Source: Nitrosopumilaceae archaeon (GTDB taxonomy: Archaea > Thermoproteota > Nitrososphaeria > Nitrososphaerales > Nitrosopumilaceae). Taken from it: a stretch of DNA of 64,000 nucleotides. A program made the translations under genes and the position numbers. Positions 48,021 through 56,813 of the stretch are shown piece after piece. The stretch spans positions 384,001-448,000 of the forward strand of contig CBDBCR010000001.1 of NCBI GenBank assembly GCA_965203465.1, read 5' to 3'. The notes beneath the pieces were generated by a model that worked only from the letters and a program-made list of their open reading frames with translations, was not told the DNA's origin and did not search any database. Within the stretch, counting starts at the first letter, position 1. Every line of letters starts with the position of its first letter.

Positions 48021-48176
48021 TTAAACGTTGGCAGAGGCGCACTCGGCGCACGCGCACTCTGCCATCCTTGTCCCGAAAGAGCAGTCGTGCGGCCCCTCCG
48101 AGCCGTCCCCGACGGGGACCTCGCCCATGCAATCGCGGTGCCTGCCGTTGCGGCAGAACCAGCACACCGGCTCCAC
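48021..48176 (-). CDS. 51-aa Cys/His-rich putative metal-binding microprotein
   Basis: MEPVCWFCRNGRHRDC...HDC...CACAEC; GTG ~26 nt after TTAAAG box at 48201-48206. Confidence 0.65.
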   Translation of the reverse strand: MEPVCWFCRNGRHRDCMGEVPVGDGSEGPHDCSFGTRMAECACAECASANV

Positions 48177-48256
48177 ACCCGTCCCCGCAAGGACTCCTCC
48201 CTTTAAGCCTCTCCTGAAAGGGTAATATGTAGCGCCCCGCGCGGTGCGCGCCTGTC

Positions 48257-49186
48257 ATGACAAAATCCGTAGCCGTGCTGTCGGGGGGATCCGGCTCCGT
48301 AAAGCTGGTCAGGGGCCTTGCCTCGCAGTCGGCCGACGTGACCGTGATAAGCAACGTGGGGGACAACTACTGGCTGTACGGCATGTACGTGTGCCCCGAC
48401 ATCGACACGGTAGTCTACGGGCTGGCCGACATGCTCGACACGGAGCGCGGCTGGGGGATCAAAAAGGACACGTTCAACTTTCTGCGGCAGATGGAGGTCT
48501 TCGGCGAGGAGACGTGGTTCCGCATCGGAGACCGCGACACGGCCACGCACTTGGTGCGCACCAACATGCTCAAGAACGGGCGCAACCTGGGCGACATCAC
48601 AAAGTGGATGTGCGAAAAGTTCGCCATCGCGGCCAACATCGTGCCGGTCACCGACAACTCGGTCGAGACGCGCATAACCACCTCAAAGGGCGAGATGCAC
48701 CTGCAGGAGTACTGGGTGAGGTACCGCGGCAGGGACCCCGTCGAGGGCATACGGTACGTGGGGGCCGACAAGGCCCGGCCCAACCCGGAGGCGACTTCGG
48801 CCATACAGTCGGCCGACGTGGTGGTGCTGGCGCCGGGAAACCCGCTTACCAGCATAGGCCCCATGCTGCAGATAAAGGGTGTACACAAGGAGCTGGCGCG
48901 CAGGCGGCGCGACGTGGTGGCCGTCAGCCCGCTGATAGGAGATTCGGCCGTGAGCGGCCCGGCGGCAAAGTACATGACGGCCGCCGGCATCGAGCCCAAC
49001 GCGCTGGGCCTGGCAAAGATGTACTCTGACGTGTGCAGGACGGTGGTGCTCGATTCGCGCGACAAGGCGCTCTCGGCCAAGATAAGGGATCTGGACATGC
49101 GCACTCTCGAGACGCACATCACGATGAAGACGCGCAAGGCCGAGGACGCGCTGGCCTCGTTCATACTAAAGCAGGCGCGCGGCTGA
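48257..49186 (+). CDS. cofD: 2-phospho-L-lactate transferase (F420 biosynthesis)
   Basis: LSGGSG, NVGD, CPDIDT..Y, WF.IGDRD.ATH, HLQEYWV, NP.TSIGP. Confidence 0.94.
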   Translation: MTKSVAVLSGGSGSVKLVRGLASQSADVTVISNVGDNYWLYGMYVCPDIDTVVYGLADMLDTERGWGIKKDTFNFLRQMEVFGEETWFRIGDRDTATHLVRTNMLKNGRNLGDITKWMCEKFAIAANIVPVTDNSVETRITTSKGEMHLQEYWVRYRGRDPVEGIRYVGADKARPNPEATSAIQSADVVVLAPGNPLTSIGPMLQIKGVHKELARRRRDVVAVSPLIGDSAVSGPAAKYMTAAGIEPNALGLAKMYSDVCRTVVLDSRDKALSAKIRDLDMRTLETHITMKTRKAEDALASFILKQARG

Positions 49187-49187
49187 G

Positions 49188-49820
49188 TTGCTGCGCACCG
49201 CGGCCATCGTGCCGGTAAAGCGCTTCGACGCGGCAAAGACCCGCCTGGACATGCCGCCGCGGCGGCGCGCCAGCCTCTGCTCGCTGATGCTGAGCGAGGT
49301 CCTCCTGACGCTGTCGGCCTCGCCCCAGATATCATCCACGTTCGTGGTCACATGCGACGGCGAGGCCGCGGAGCTCGCGCGCAGGCACGGCGCCTCGGTG
49401 GTGCCCGACCCCGACGAGGCCGGCGTGAACAGGGCAGTCGAGCTCGCGGCCGGCCCGGCGCGCGAGGCAGGCGCCTCGACCACCCTGGTGCTGCCCCAGG
49501 ACGTGCCGCTCGTCGAGCCGGCCGACATATCGGCCCTGATGCGCACGCAGATGCCGCACGGCTTCGTGACCGTGGTGCCCTCGCGCCGGTTCGACGGCAC
49601 CAACGCCCTGCTGCGCATGCCGCCGGACATCATAAAGACCAGCTACGACGAGGACAGCTACCGGGCGCACATGGCCTCGGCCCGCCGTAGCACCCCCAAC
49701 GCCTCGGTGCTGTTCGTGCCGCGCATCATGCAGGACATCGACGTGCTCGAAGACCTGCGCTCGGCCCTCTCGTCGGGCTACAAGCCGGGGTTCTGCCGGG
49801 CGGCCCGGGATCTCTTGTAG
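49188..49820 (+). CDS. cofC: 2-phospho-L-lactate guanylyltransferase
   Basis: VPVK...AKTRL, D.PL, DGTNAL, DID..EDL; adjacent to cofD. Confidence 0.9.
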   Translation: MLRTAAIVPVKRFDAAKTRLDMPPRRRASLCSLMLSEVLLTLSASPQISSTFVVTCDGEAAELARRHGASVVPDPDEAGVNRAVELAAGPAREAGASTTLVLPQDVPLVEPADISALMRTQMPHGFVTVVPSRRFDGTNALLRMPPDIIKTSYDEDSYRAHMASARRSTPNASVLFVPRIMQDIDVLEDLRSALSSGYKPGFCRAARDLL

Positions 49821-50749
49821 CGCGCGGCCACGAACAGGGCGGACATGGCTCCCGAGGCCAGCAACACGGCCTCGACGGCCAGCAGCAGGCCCTGGTCGAA
49901 CGCGCCGGCCACGTCGGTGCCGGTCAGGCGCGCCGTCATGTACGCGTACGAGAGCGCGAAATAGTTGGCGGCCCAGTGCAGCACGACGGCGGCCCCGATG
50001 CCGTGCCTGTAGTACACCCACCCCAGTATCAGGCCGGCGGCCGCCGCCTGCGGGGCCTTGCCGTAGCTCCACCCGTCGCCTGCCACGTGCAGGGCGCCAA
50101 AGAGCGCCGCCGAAAAGGCGATCAGCGCCGCCACCTGCATCCGGCCGTGCGGGCCGGCGTCGTGCGGCCGCCATAGCGCCCGCAGCGGGGACGCCGAGCC
50201 GGGACGCCACGCAAAGACCGCGAGCGGCGCGCCTATCAGGAGCAGCCTGAAGGCCGGCTCCTCGAGCAGCGGCGCCAGCGCGGCGCCCAAGAACCTCTCT
50301 TGGTCGCTCGCGAAGGCGGGCGGCTCTATGGTCACGCCGAACAGGCCCTGCGCCCACGCTATGGCCGCCGAGACGAGCACCATGATGCCGAGCCAGCGCA
50401 GCACGGCCATCATGGCAGAGGGCGTCTCGCGCCCCTCCGATATGAGCGAGGCTAGCGCGCTCGAAAAGCCCGTCCTGGGGCCCATTATGCAGACCGCAAA
50501 GAGCACCGCGTACAGCGACCATGCCGCGACGAACGCGTCGCCGGAGCTGGGCCGCAGCTGCGAGTCGGCCATCCATCCCAGCGCGGGGTACGCTAGGTCG
50601 AGCGGGTAGCCGGGGCCGATGTCGGCATCGGCGGGCGGCTCGAAAAAGACGTACGCGCCGATGGGGAAGGAAAACGAGATCAGGGCGAACGAGACCGAGA
50701 GCAGCGCCGCGTGGGGTATCCCGAGGATCCTCTGCGCGCGCGAGACCAA
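49778..50749 (-). CDS. CPBP (Abi/CAAX) intramembrane protease
   Basis: PLLEEPAFR, FGALH, LHWAAN. Confidence 0.85.
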   Translation of the reverse strand: MVSRAQRILGIPHAALLSVSFALISFSFPIGAYVFFEPPADADIGPGYPLDLAYPALGWMADSQLRPSSGDAFVAAWSLYAVLFAVCIMGPRTGFSSALASLISEGRETPSAMMAVLRWLGIMVLVSAAIAWAQGLFGVTIEPPAFASDQERFLGAALAPLLEEPAFRLLLIGAPLAVFAWRPGSASPLRALWRPHDAGPHGRMQVAALIAFSAALFGALHVAGDGWSYGKAPQAAAAGLILGWVYYRHGIGAAVVLHWAANYFALSYAYMTARLTGTDVAGAFDQGLLLAVEAVLLASGAMSALFVAARYKRSRAARQNPGL

Positions 50750-50751
50750 CT

Positions 50752-51060
50752 CTAGTGCAGCTCGATGGACGACTCTGCGAACCCCAGATCCACGAGCGTC
50801 TCCTTTATGCTGTCGCGGTGATCGCCCTGCAGGAACACGTATCCCTCCTTCGCGGTGCCGCCGCAGGCGTACTTGTTCTTCAGATCCTTGGCCACCCTGT
50901 CCAAGTCGTTGAGCTTTGGATCGAGCCCCTCTATCATGGTGCCCTTTTTCTTGAAGCGGCGCGTCTCGAGCCTTATGATGATCTTGGCGCTGTCCTTGGC
51001 CAGGTCGCCGCATGCGCACAGATCCTCGGGAAGGCCGCAGGTGTTGCAGATTACCGCCAT
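50752..51060 (-). CDS. sui1: Translation initiation factor aIF1 (SUI1)
   Basis: CNTCGLPEDLCAC, LKNKYACGGT, LQGDHR. Confidence 0.94.
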   Translation of the reverse strand: MAVICNTCGLPEDLCACGDLAKDSAKIIIRLETRRFKKKGTMIEGLDPKLNDLDRVAKDLKNKYACGGTAKEGYVFLQGDHRDSIKETLVDLGFAESSIELH

Positions 51061-51173
51061 TGATTCGAGCCGATCGGGGCCGGCGCACTATTAAGGGTTG
51101 TTCAGGCGCGCAGGCGCGGGGCCCGCGGAAAGGCTTCAATTCATTTAAAAAGAGCTCCGGAGGGGCGGGCCGA

Positions 51174-51332
51174 ATGGCAGCCCGCAAGCCGTCGTCCCGC
51201 AAGATACGGCTGTTCAAGAAGGTAAAGCAGACCTCGCCTGTTCCCGCGTGGGTGATACTGAAGACCAAGCGGGGCGTGCGCACCAACCCCAAGCGGCGCC
51301 CGTGGAGGACGGGCGACGCGGAGGTCGGCTGA
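51174..51332 (+). CDS. rpl39e: 50S ribosomal protein L39e
   Basis: KQTSPVPAWVILKT...NPKRRPWR. Confidence 0.94.
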   Translation: MAARKPSSRKIRLFKKVKQTSPVPAWVILKTKRGVRTNPKRRPWRTGDAEVG

Positions 51333-51333
51333 C

Positions 51334-51882
51334 TTGGCAGAAGAGCGGGTGTACACGATTAACCTCGGCAAGGCGCTGCTGTCGCAGCCGCAGCACCGGG
51401 CGGTGCGGGCCGTCAACATGGTGCGCGAGTTCGCCTCGAAGCACATGCGCAGCTCGGACGTAAAGATAGACGAGGATCTTGCGCACCAGATATGGGCGCG
51501 CGGCGCGCGCAGCCCGCCGCGCAGGGTACGCGTCCGCATGTGGGAGGGGGAATCCGGCGAGATCATCGTATCAAAGCACGACGGGGACGTTGAGACGAAA
51601 ACGGTGCCGGCTGCAGCGGATCGAGACGAACCCAAGCCAGCCGAGGCCGGAGCCGGATCCGAGCAACCCGAGCCGAAAGCACCCGAGACCAATGCCGAAC
51701 CTGAAAAGCCCGAGCCGGAAACCGCCGAGCCGAAAGCACCCGAGACCAAAGCCGAACTTGAAAAGCCCGAGCCGGAAACCGCCGAGCCGAAAGCACCCGA
51801 GACCAAAGCCGAACTTGAAAAGCCCGAGCCGGAAACCGCCGACGGGCCGAGCCCCGCCAAGGACGAACCTCCCAAACCATAA
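51334..51882 (+). CDS. rpl31e: 50S ribosomal protein L31e with acidic repetitive C-terminal tail
   Basis: ERVYTINL, RAVRAV..VREF, IWARG...PPRRVRV. Confidence 0.93.
   Translation: MAEERVYTINLGKALLSQPQHRAVRAVNMVREFASKHMRSSDVKIDEDLAHQIWARGARSPPRRVRVRMWEGESGEIIVSKHDGDVETKTVPAAADRDEPKPAEAGAGSEQPEPKAPETNAEPEKPEPETAEPKAPETKAELEKPEPETAEPKAPETKAELEKPEPETADGPSPAKDEPPKP
51668..51842 (+). repeat. 57-bp tandem repeat x3 within rpl31e
   Basis: Units start at 51668, 51725 and 51782; encode EPKAPET(N/K)AE(P/L)EKPEPETA. Confidence 0.95.
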
Positions 51883-52265
51883 CGCCGAGACGGAACAACC
51901 TCCACGTAAGGCAAGCCCGCCAAATTCCCCAAGTTGGAGGGGTTCAAAACTCGCGACTCGATCGATTGCGCGTGGCGCGGATCTGGCTGCGTGGCAGAGG
52001 CTGGCCCCGCGGCACGCATTGCCTCGAGCCCGGAACGCAGTTCCGCACATCTTGGAGGGCGGCGAGCGGGCACTGGCCAGGTACGCATGCAGACGGCTTT
52101 GAGTCCGAGTTTAGCCTAGGGGCGGCGCATCTTTGTTCGCCAATTCGAATTTTCGTGCCTGCGTAGCCGGATCGGCCAAAAGGGGCTCCGCTCATGCACG
52201 GGTTGCAGAATCACCAAAGCCGCACAACCACACAAAATATGACTCACGAAGCGAGAGCAAGATCG

Positions 52266-52676
52266 ATGTCCAAACTGCAGACGACAACCGTGGACAAAAA
52301 AAGGCCGGGTAAAATACCCAAGATTCTGTTGGAAAATCTGGGGCTGGAGGCGCCTGCGACTCTTGCCATTGGGATTGAAGGCGGCTCGATTGTGATGACG
52401 CTGCACCCGACACCAGGCGAACCCGCATCGCGCCGACTCAAGCAATTTGTAGAAAAAGAAACGATCTCCGACAGGATCGCAGAGCTCGTAGACGGTGCAA
52501 GCGGACAAGACCCGAAGCACCGGGGTTCAAAAGACGAGCTGCGCGACATAATGGAGTTGCTGGGCATGGACGACGACGGAGACGTGCCGGAAACCATCGA
52601 GGGCTTGATAAAAGATTGCGCAAAAGAGGGCGAAAATTCTTTAGACATTGTGCGATCCGTCAGAAATCGCATCTGA
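52266..52676 (+). CDS. AbrB/SpoVT-domain VapB-like antitoxin
   Basis: TTVDKK.PGKIPKILLENLGL.....L.I.IEGGSIVM (AbrB-like); C-terminus paralogous to 18992-19291. Confidence 0.62.
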   Translation: MSKLQTTTVDKKRPGKIPKILLENLGLEAPATLAIGIEGGSIVMTLHPTPGEPASRRLKQFVEKETISDRIAELVDGASGQDPKHRGSKDELRDIMELLGMDDDGDVPETIEGLIKDCAKEGENSLDIVRSVRNRI

Positions 52677-53058
52677 CAAGCAACGCGAATATTGCGACAC
52701 CGTCTGGGGCAACGGACAAGACTCACACCGGAGCTCGGCCAACCGTCGCAGCAAAACGCGAAATTGCCGTCGAGACAAAGACACTTGCGCGGGACGAAAA
52801 ACCGCGGCAAGCTTGAATTCCGCGCACCGGAATCGCCCTTGACCGCGCACCACGGGCAGGTTTTGTCAAAGATCACCACGCAACCAGTTCTAACAAAAGC
52901 CGACGCCCGGAAGCGCCGATACTCGAGTCTGGGGCCCGCAGACATCGAGCATGCGTATCTTGCACGCCGGGCGGGATCTGGCTTTCACGCGACGGACGGC
53001 TCTTTCGAGCACTTGGCCGATCCAGACCTTGAACACATGTCGTTTCACGCATTGGAGA
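52666..53058 (+). pseudogene. Decayed PIN-domain (VapC-like) toxin
   Basis: ASDKQREYCDT and GPADIEHAYLARRAG..FHATDGSF lie in different frames; no start codon; end approximate. Confidence 0.55.
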
Positions 53059-53103
53059 GGCAAAGCCCGGCCCAAAAACGCCCGTCGAGCCTGAACGGGC
53101 CGG

Positions 53104-54036
53104 CTAGTCTTCCAGCTGGTAGCCGCCCAGCCCCCAGTCGTAGCTGGCGTCGGGCACGTCCCAGTCGAGCGTCTTCGACGATGGTATGGCGCCGAGCGGA
53201 TCGTACGCGTCGAACTTTGCCAGGCTCTGCGCGCCTGCCAGCAGGGCTATCCCGGAGCGGCCGGTCCCCGACTCCACCACGGTGGCCGCGCCCTCGCCCG
53301 CGCCGCGCCCCGTCTCGGAGAGCACCCTGAGCATGCCGGCCGGCACGCCGTCGCCCATCACGTGCACCGCAGAGCCCGAGACCGAGCCGGGCGCCACGCT
53401 CCCGTACAGCGTGCTCAGCGCGTCGCGCAAAGCTTCGCGCGGCTCCAGGCCGCCGCGCGAGGGGGCCAGCACGCCGTCGCCCTGCGGGGCGGATCTGTCC
53501 CTGAGCGAGGCGGCGATGGCGCGCACGGCCGGATCCGACAGCCTGCAGCACGACCTGGCCGACAGGTCGGGGTTGCACTCTGCCACCGCGTCGTTGTCTA
53601 TTATGACGGTGCACGAAGAGGCGGCCCTGAGACGCCTGAGGGCCACGCCCGAGCCGAACACCCTGTCCTTTTCGTGGGCGAACGGCATGATGGCCAGCGT
53701 GACCAGCGTCCTGCCTCCGAAGAGCGGGGCTATCAGCGGCCCGAGCGCCTGCCCGGAGCGGCCGGCCAGGTTGGCCACGAGCACGGCGGTGTGGTACTTT
53801 GAGAGGCGATCGGATATCTCACCCATCGCGGCCCCCGCGTACCCGCGTATGGCCCCGGCGGAGGGGTTGACCAGCGGCCCGGTGCCTACGCGGATGCCGC
53901 CGGGCCCCAAGTCTGCAGGATCGGGGCTGACAAGCACGGGCTCGGCGCCGAGGGCCTCGGCTACGAGCGGCGCGAGGCGCGCGCCGGCGCCCCCTATGCC
54001 GATCGCAGCTGCGGGCTCGCCTATCTGGTAATCCAA
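53104..54036 (-). CDS. Thaumarchaeal FtsZ/tubulin-like protein
   Basis: IGIGGAG, NLAGRSG, IMPF.HE, IIDND. Confidence 0.8.
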   Translation of the reverse strand: MDYQIGEPAAAIGIGGAGARLAPLVAEALGAEPVLVSPDPADLGPGGIRVGTGPLVNPSAGAIRGYAGAAMGEISDRLSKYHTAVLVANLAGRSGQALGPLIAPLFGGRTLVTLAIMPFAHEKDRVFGSGVALRRLRAASSCTVIIDNDAVAECNPDLSARSCCRLSDPAVRAIAASLRDRSAPQGDGVLAPSRGGLEPREALRDALSTLYGSVAPGSVSGSAVHVMGDGVPAGMLRVLSETGRGAGEGAATVVESGTGRSGIALLAGAQSLAKFDAYDPLGAIPSSKTLDWDVPDASYDWGLGGYQLED

Positions 54037-54096
54037 CGCCGGGCCCTCCCCGTTTCGGATAAAAAACCTTGTTGTGGCCCGGGATCTGACCATTGT

Positions 54097-55350
54097 CTAA
54101 TTTTCTCGACAAAGGCGCCCGGCCAGCCCGTGGGCCGAGGCCCCGGTGATCTCGACGGTGTGCGTGCCCTCGGGGGCCCCCTCGGCCAGGACGGGCCTGT
54201 AGGCGGGGGTGCGCCCCTTTTGGCCCGCGAACAGGACGGGCCCGCGCCACCCCACCCACGCCCTGTTGCTCTCGAGGGATATGCGCTCGGCCTCGGCGGC
54301 GGCCATGCGGCTCCTCTCGGATATGGCCGCGTGCGGCACCTGCTCCCTGCCGGCGGCCTCGGTGCCGGGCCTCCTGCTGTACTTTGAGAGGTTCACGATG
54401 TCGGGCCTCGTCTCCCTGATCAGATCCAGGGTCTGCCGGAACTCCGCGTCAGTCTCGGACGGGAACCCGGCTATGATGTCCGTAGAGAGGGTGAACCGCT
54501 CGAACCTCTTCCTCGCCTCCGAGGCGGCCTTCCTGAAGGCGCCGGCCGTGTGCCCGCGCGCCATCTCGCGCAGCACCCTGTCGCTGCCCGACTGGACGGG
54601 CACGTGCAGGAACTTGTACACCTTTGGGTGGTCCATAGCCTCGAGCAGCCTCTCGCGTATGCGCGGCATGTACATGGGGTTCATCATGCCGACCCTTATC
54701 ATGAACTCGCCGGGCACCGCGCGCACGCGCTCGACCAGCTCGGGCAGGTCTGTTCCTATGTCGAGGCCGTAGCACCCGTTGTCCGTCGAGGTGAGCCAGA
54801 TCTCGCGGCACCCGTCGCGCACGTCGCGCTCGACCTGCTCCGCTATGCGGCCGGGCCGGTAGCTGCGCAGGCCGCCCTTTGCAAGCTTTGTCTGGCAGAA
54901 CGTGCACTCGCTCATGCAGCCGCTGGCGATCTCGACGATGCCCACCGAGCGGTTCAGCCTGAGCCTCGGCAGGGCCGTCTTTTCGGCGCCCGTATCCTCC
55001 AGCGCGACAGTCCGCCTGCCCTCCAGCGCCGAATTGACAACCTCGAGGGCCCTGCTTACGGCGCCGGGCCCCATCAGGCTGGCCGAGCCGGCCGCCCTGC
55101 TGACCGTCTGCGGCTCGGCCTTTGCCATGCAGCCGGCCACGACCAGCGGCCGCGAGCCCAGCTTGCGCACGCGGTGCATCATCCTGCCGGCGGTCGCGTC
55201 CTTTACGGAGCAGGTCACCACGAGGCTCAGATCCGCCTCCTCGGCCGAGCCCGCCATCGAGTGGCCCCCGCCCGCCAAGATCCCCGCGATCGCCTCCGAA
55301 TCCGCATAGCTTGCAGAGCAGCCGTACGCCTCTATCCATATGCGGGCCAT
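54097..55350 (-). CDS. mtaB: tRNA t6A37 methylthiotransferase (MiaB/MtaB-like)
   Basis: YGCSAS.ADSE, TCSV, GC, GCMSECTFC, PVQSGS, TDIIAGFP.ET, YSRRPGT. Confidence 0.88.
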   Translation of the reverse strand: MARIWIEAYGCSASYADSEAIAGILAGGGHSMAGSAEEADLSLVVTCSVKDATAGRMMHRVRKLGSRPLVVAGCMAKAEPQTVSRAAGSASLMGPGAVSRALEVVNSALEGRRTVALEDTGAEKTALPRLRLNRSVGIVEIASGCMSECTFCQTKLAKGGLRSYRPGRIAEQVERDVRDGCREIWLTSTDNGCYGLDIGTDLPELVERVRAVPGEFMIRVGMMNPMYMPRIRERLLEAMDHPKVYKFLHVPVQSGSDRVLREMARGHTAGAFRKAASEARKRFERFTLSTDIIAGFPSETDAEFRQTLDLIRETRPDIVNLSKYSRRPGTEAAGREQVPHAAISERSRMAAAEAERISLESNRAWVGWRGPVLFAGQKGRTPAYRPVLAEGAPEGTHTVEITGASAHGLAGRLCREN

Positions 55351-55352
55351 GG

Positions 55353-56720
55353 CTACCTCAGCGCCGCGTCCAGCTCGGGCTTGCCCACCATCTTCTTCTC
55401 CAGGACCAGGCTCCGCACGGTCTTGCCGGTGGCCAGGGATTCCTTGAACAGCTGGGCCGCCTTCTGGTACCCTATCAGGGGGGCAAGCAGGGTGACCGTG
55501 AGCGGGCTGCGCTCCACGCCTTCTGCCAGCTTTTTTCTGTCGGCGCCCAGCCCGTCTATCAGGTTGGACGCAAAGACGGGCACGAAGTTGGAGAGCATAT
55601 CCGTCGAGTCGAGCACGGCCCGCAGCATGCCGGGCAGCATCACGTTGAGCTCGAACTGCCCCGCCGCCGCGGCCTGCGCGGCGGCAGCGTCGTTGCCGGC
55701 GACGGCGAAGCAGACCATGTTCATCGATTCTGCGAGAGACGGGTTGACCTTGCCGGGCATTATCGAAGAGCCCGCGTGCACCGCCGGTATCTGAAGCTCC
55801 GCCAGACCCTCGAGCGGGCCAGAGGCCATCAGGCGCACGTCGCTTGCTATCCTGCCTATCTCGGAGGCCAGGCAGCGCAGGGCCGCCGAAGCCGAGGCCA
55901 CCGCGAGCCTGCTCTGCAGCGCGTACTGCATGTCCGGCTCGGGGATCAGCGGCAGCTTTGAGATCCGGGCAAGCTCGGCCACGGCCCTCTTCCTGTAGCC
56001 TCGCGGCGCGTTGGCCCCGGTGCCGACCGCCGTGCCGCCCAGCGCGACGCGGCGCAGCTCCTTCCTTGACGCGTCGAGCGCCGACGAGGCCCTCGAGACG
56101 GCCGTCGCGTACGCGCCGAACTCGCCGCCGAGGCTGACGGGCAACGCGTCCATCAGGTGCGTGCGGCCCACCTTTCTGTGCCCGGCGAACCTGCGCGCCG
56201 CGCGCCGCAGCGACGAGCTCAGCTTTTCGGATGCCTCCAGCACCCGGCCTGCGCCGAACAGCACCGAGACGTGCATGGCGGTCGGGAACGTGTCGTTGCT
56301 CGACTGCGACATGTTGACGTGGTCGTTTGGGTGGAGCTTTTCGTACTGGCCCTTCCTGCCGCCCATGTGCTCCAGGGCCGCGTTGGCCAGGACCTCGTTG
56401 ACGTTCATGTTGACGGCCGTGCCGGCGCCGGAGTTTATCGCGTCTACGGCAAACTGCCCGTCCAGCCTGCCGGCAAGGGCGTCGTCGCACGCCTTTTTTA
56501 TCGCGCGGCCCCTCTTGGCGTCCAGCGCGCCGACCGCCACGTTGGCGGAGGCAGCAGAGCGCTTTATCATGACGAAGGCCCTTACCAGGTCGGGGTGCGA
56601 CGGCCTGCCCGAGGCGGTGTACTGGCCCAGGGCCCTCTGGGTGAACGGCCCCCAGTACGCGCCTGCCGGCACGCGCACCCTCCCCAGCGAGTCCTCGTCG
56701 ATCCTGTACCCGCCGGCCAC
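55353..56720 (-). CDS. fumC: Class II fumarate hydratase / aspartate ammonia-lyase
   Basis: GAGT..NMNVNEV, HPNDHVN.SQSSND, GRTHLMDA, GSSIMPGKVNP. Confidence 0.85.
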   Translation of the reverse strand: MAGGYRIDEDSLGRVRVPAGAYWGPFTQRALGQYTASGRPSHPDLVRAFVMIKRSAASANVAVGALDAKRGRAIKKACDDALAGRLDGQFAVDAINSGAGTAVNMNVNEVLANAALEHMGGRKGQYEKLHPNDHVNMSQSSNDTFPTAMHVSVLFGAGRVLEASEKLSSSLRRAARRFAGHRKVGRTHLMDALPVSLGGEFGAYATAVSRASSALDASRKELRRVALGGTAVGTGANAPRGYRKRAVAELARISKLPLIPEPDMQYALQSRLAVASASAALRCLASEIGRIASDVRLMASGPLEGLAELQIPAVHAGSSIMPGKVNPSLAESMNMVCFAVAGNDAAAAQAAAAGQFELNVMLPGMLRAVLDSTDMLSNFVPVFASNLIDGLGADRKKLAEGVERSPLTVTLLAPLIGYQKAAQLFKESLATGKTVRSLVLEKKMVGKPELDAALR

Positions 56721-56813
56721 GCGCCGGCCGGAGGGGGGCTTACATATATTGCCAGCTCGGCGCCGGTTCCAAAATTGTATTCTATATATTACGCCGCCCG
56801 CCCGCGGCGGCCA

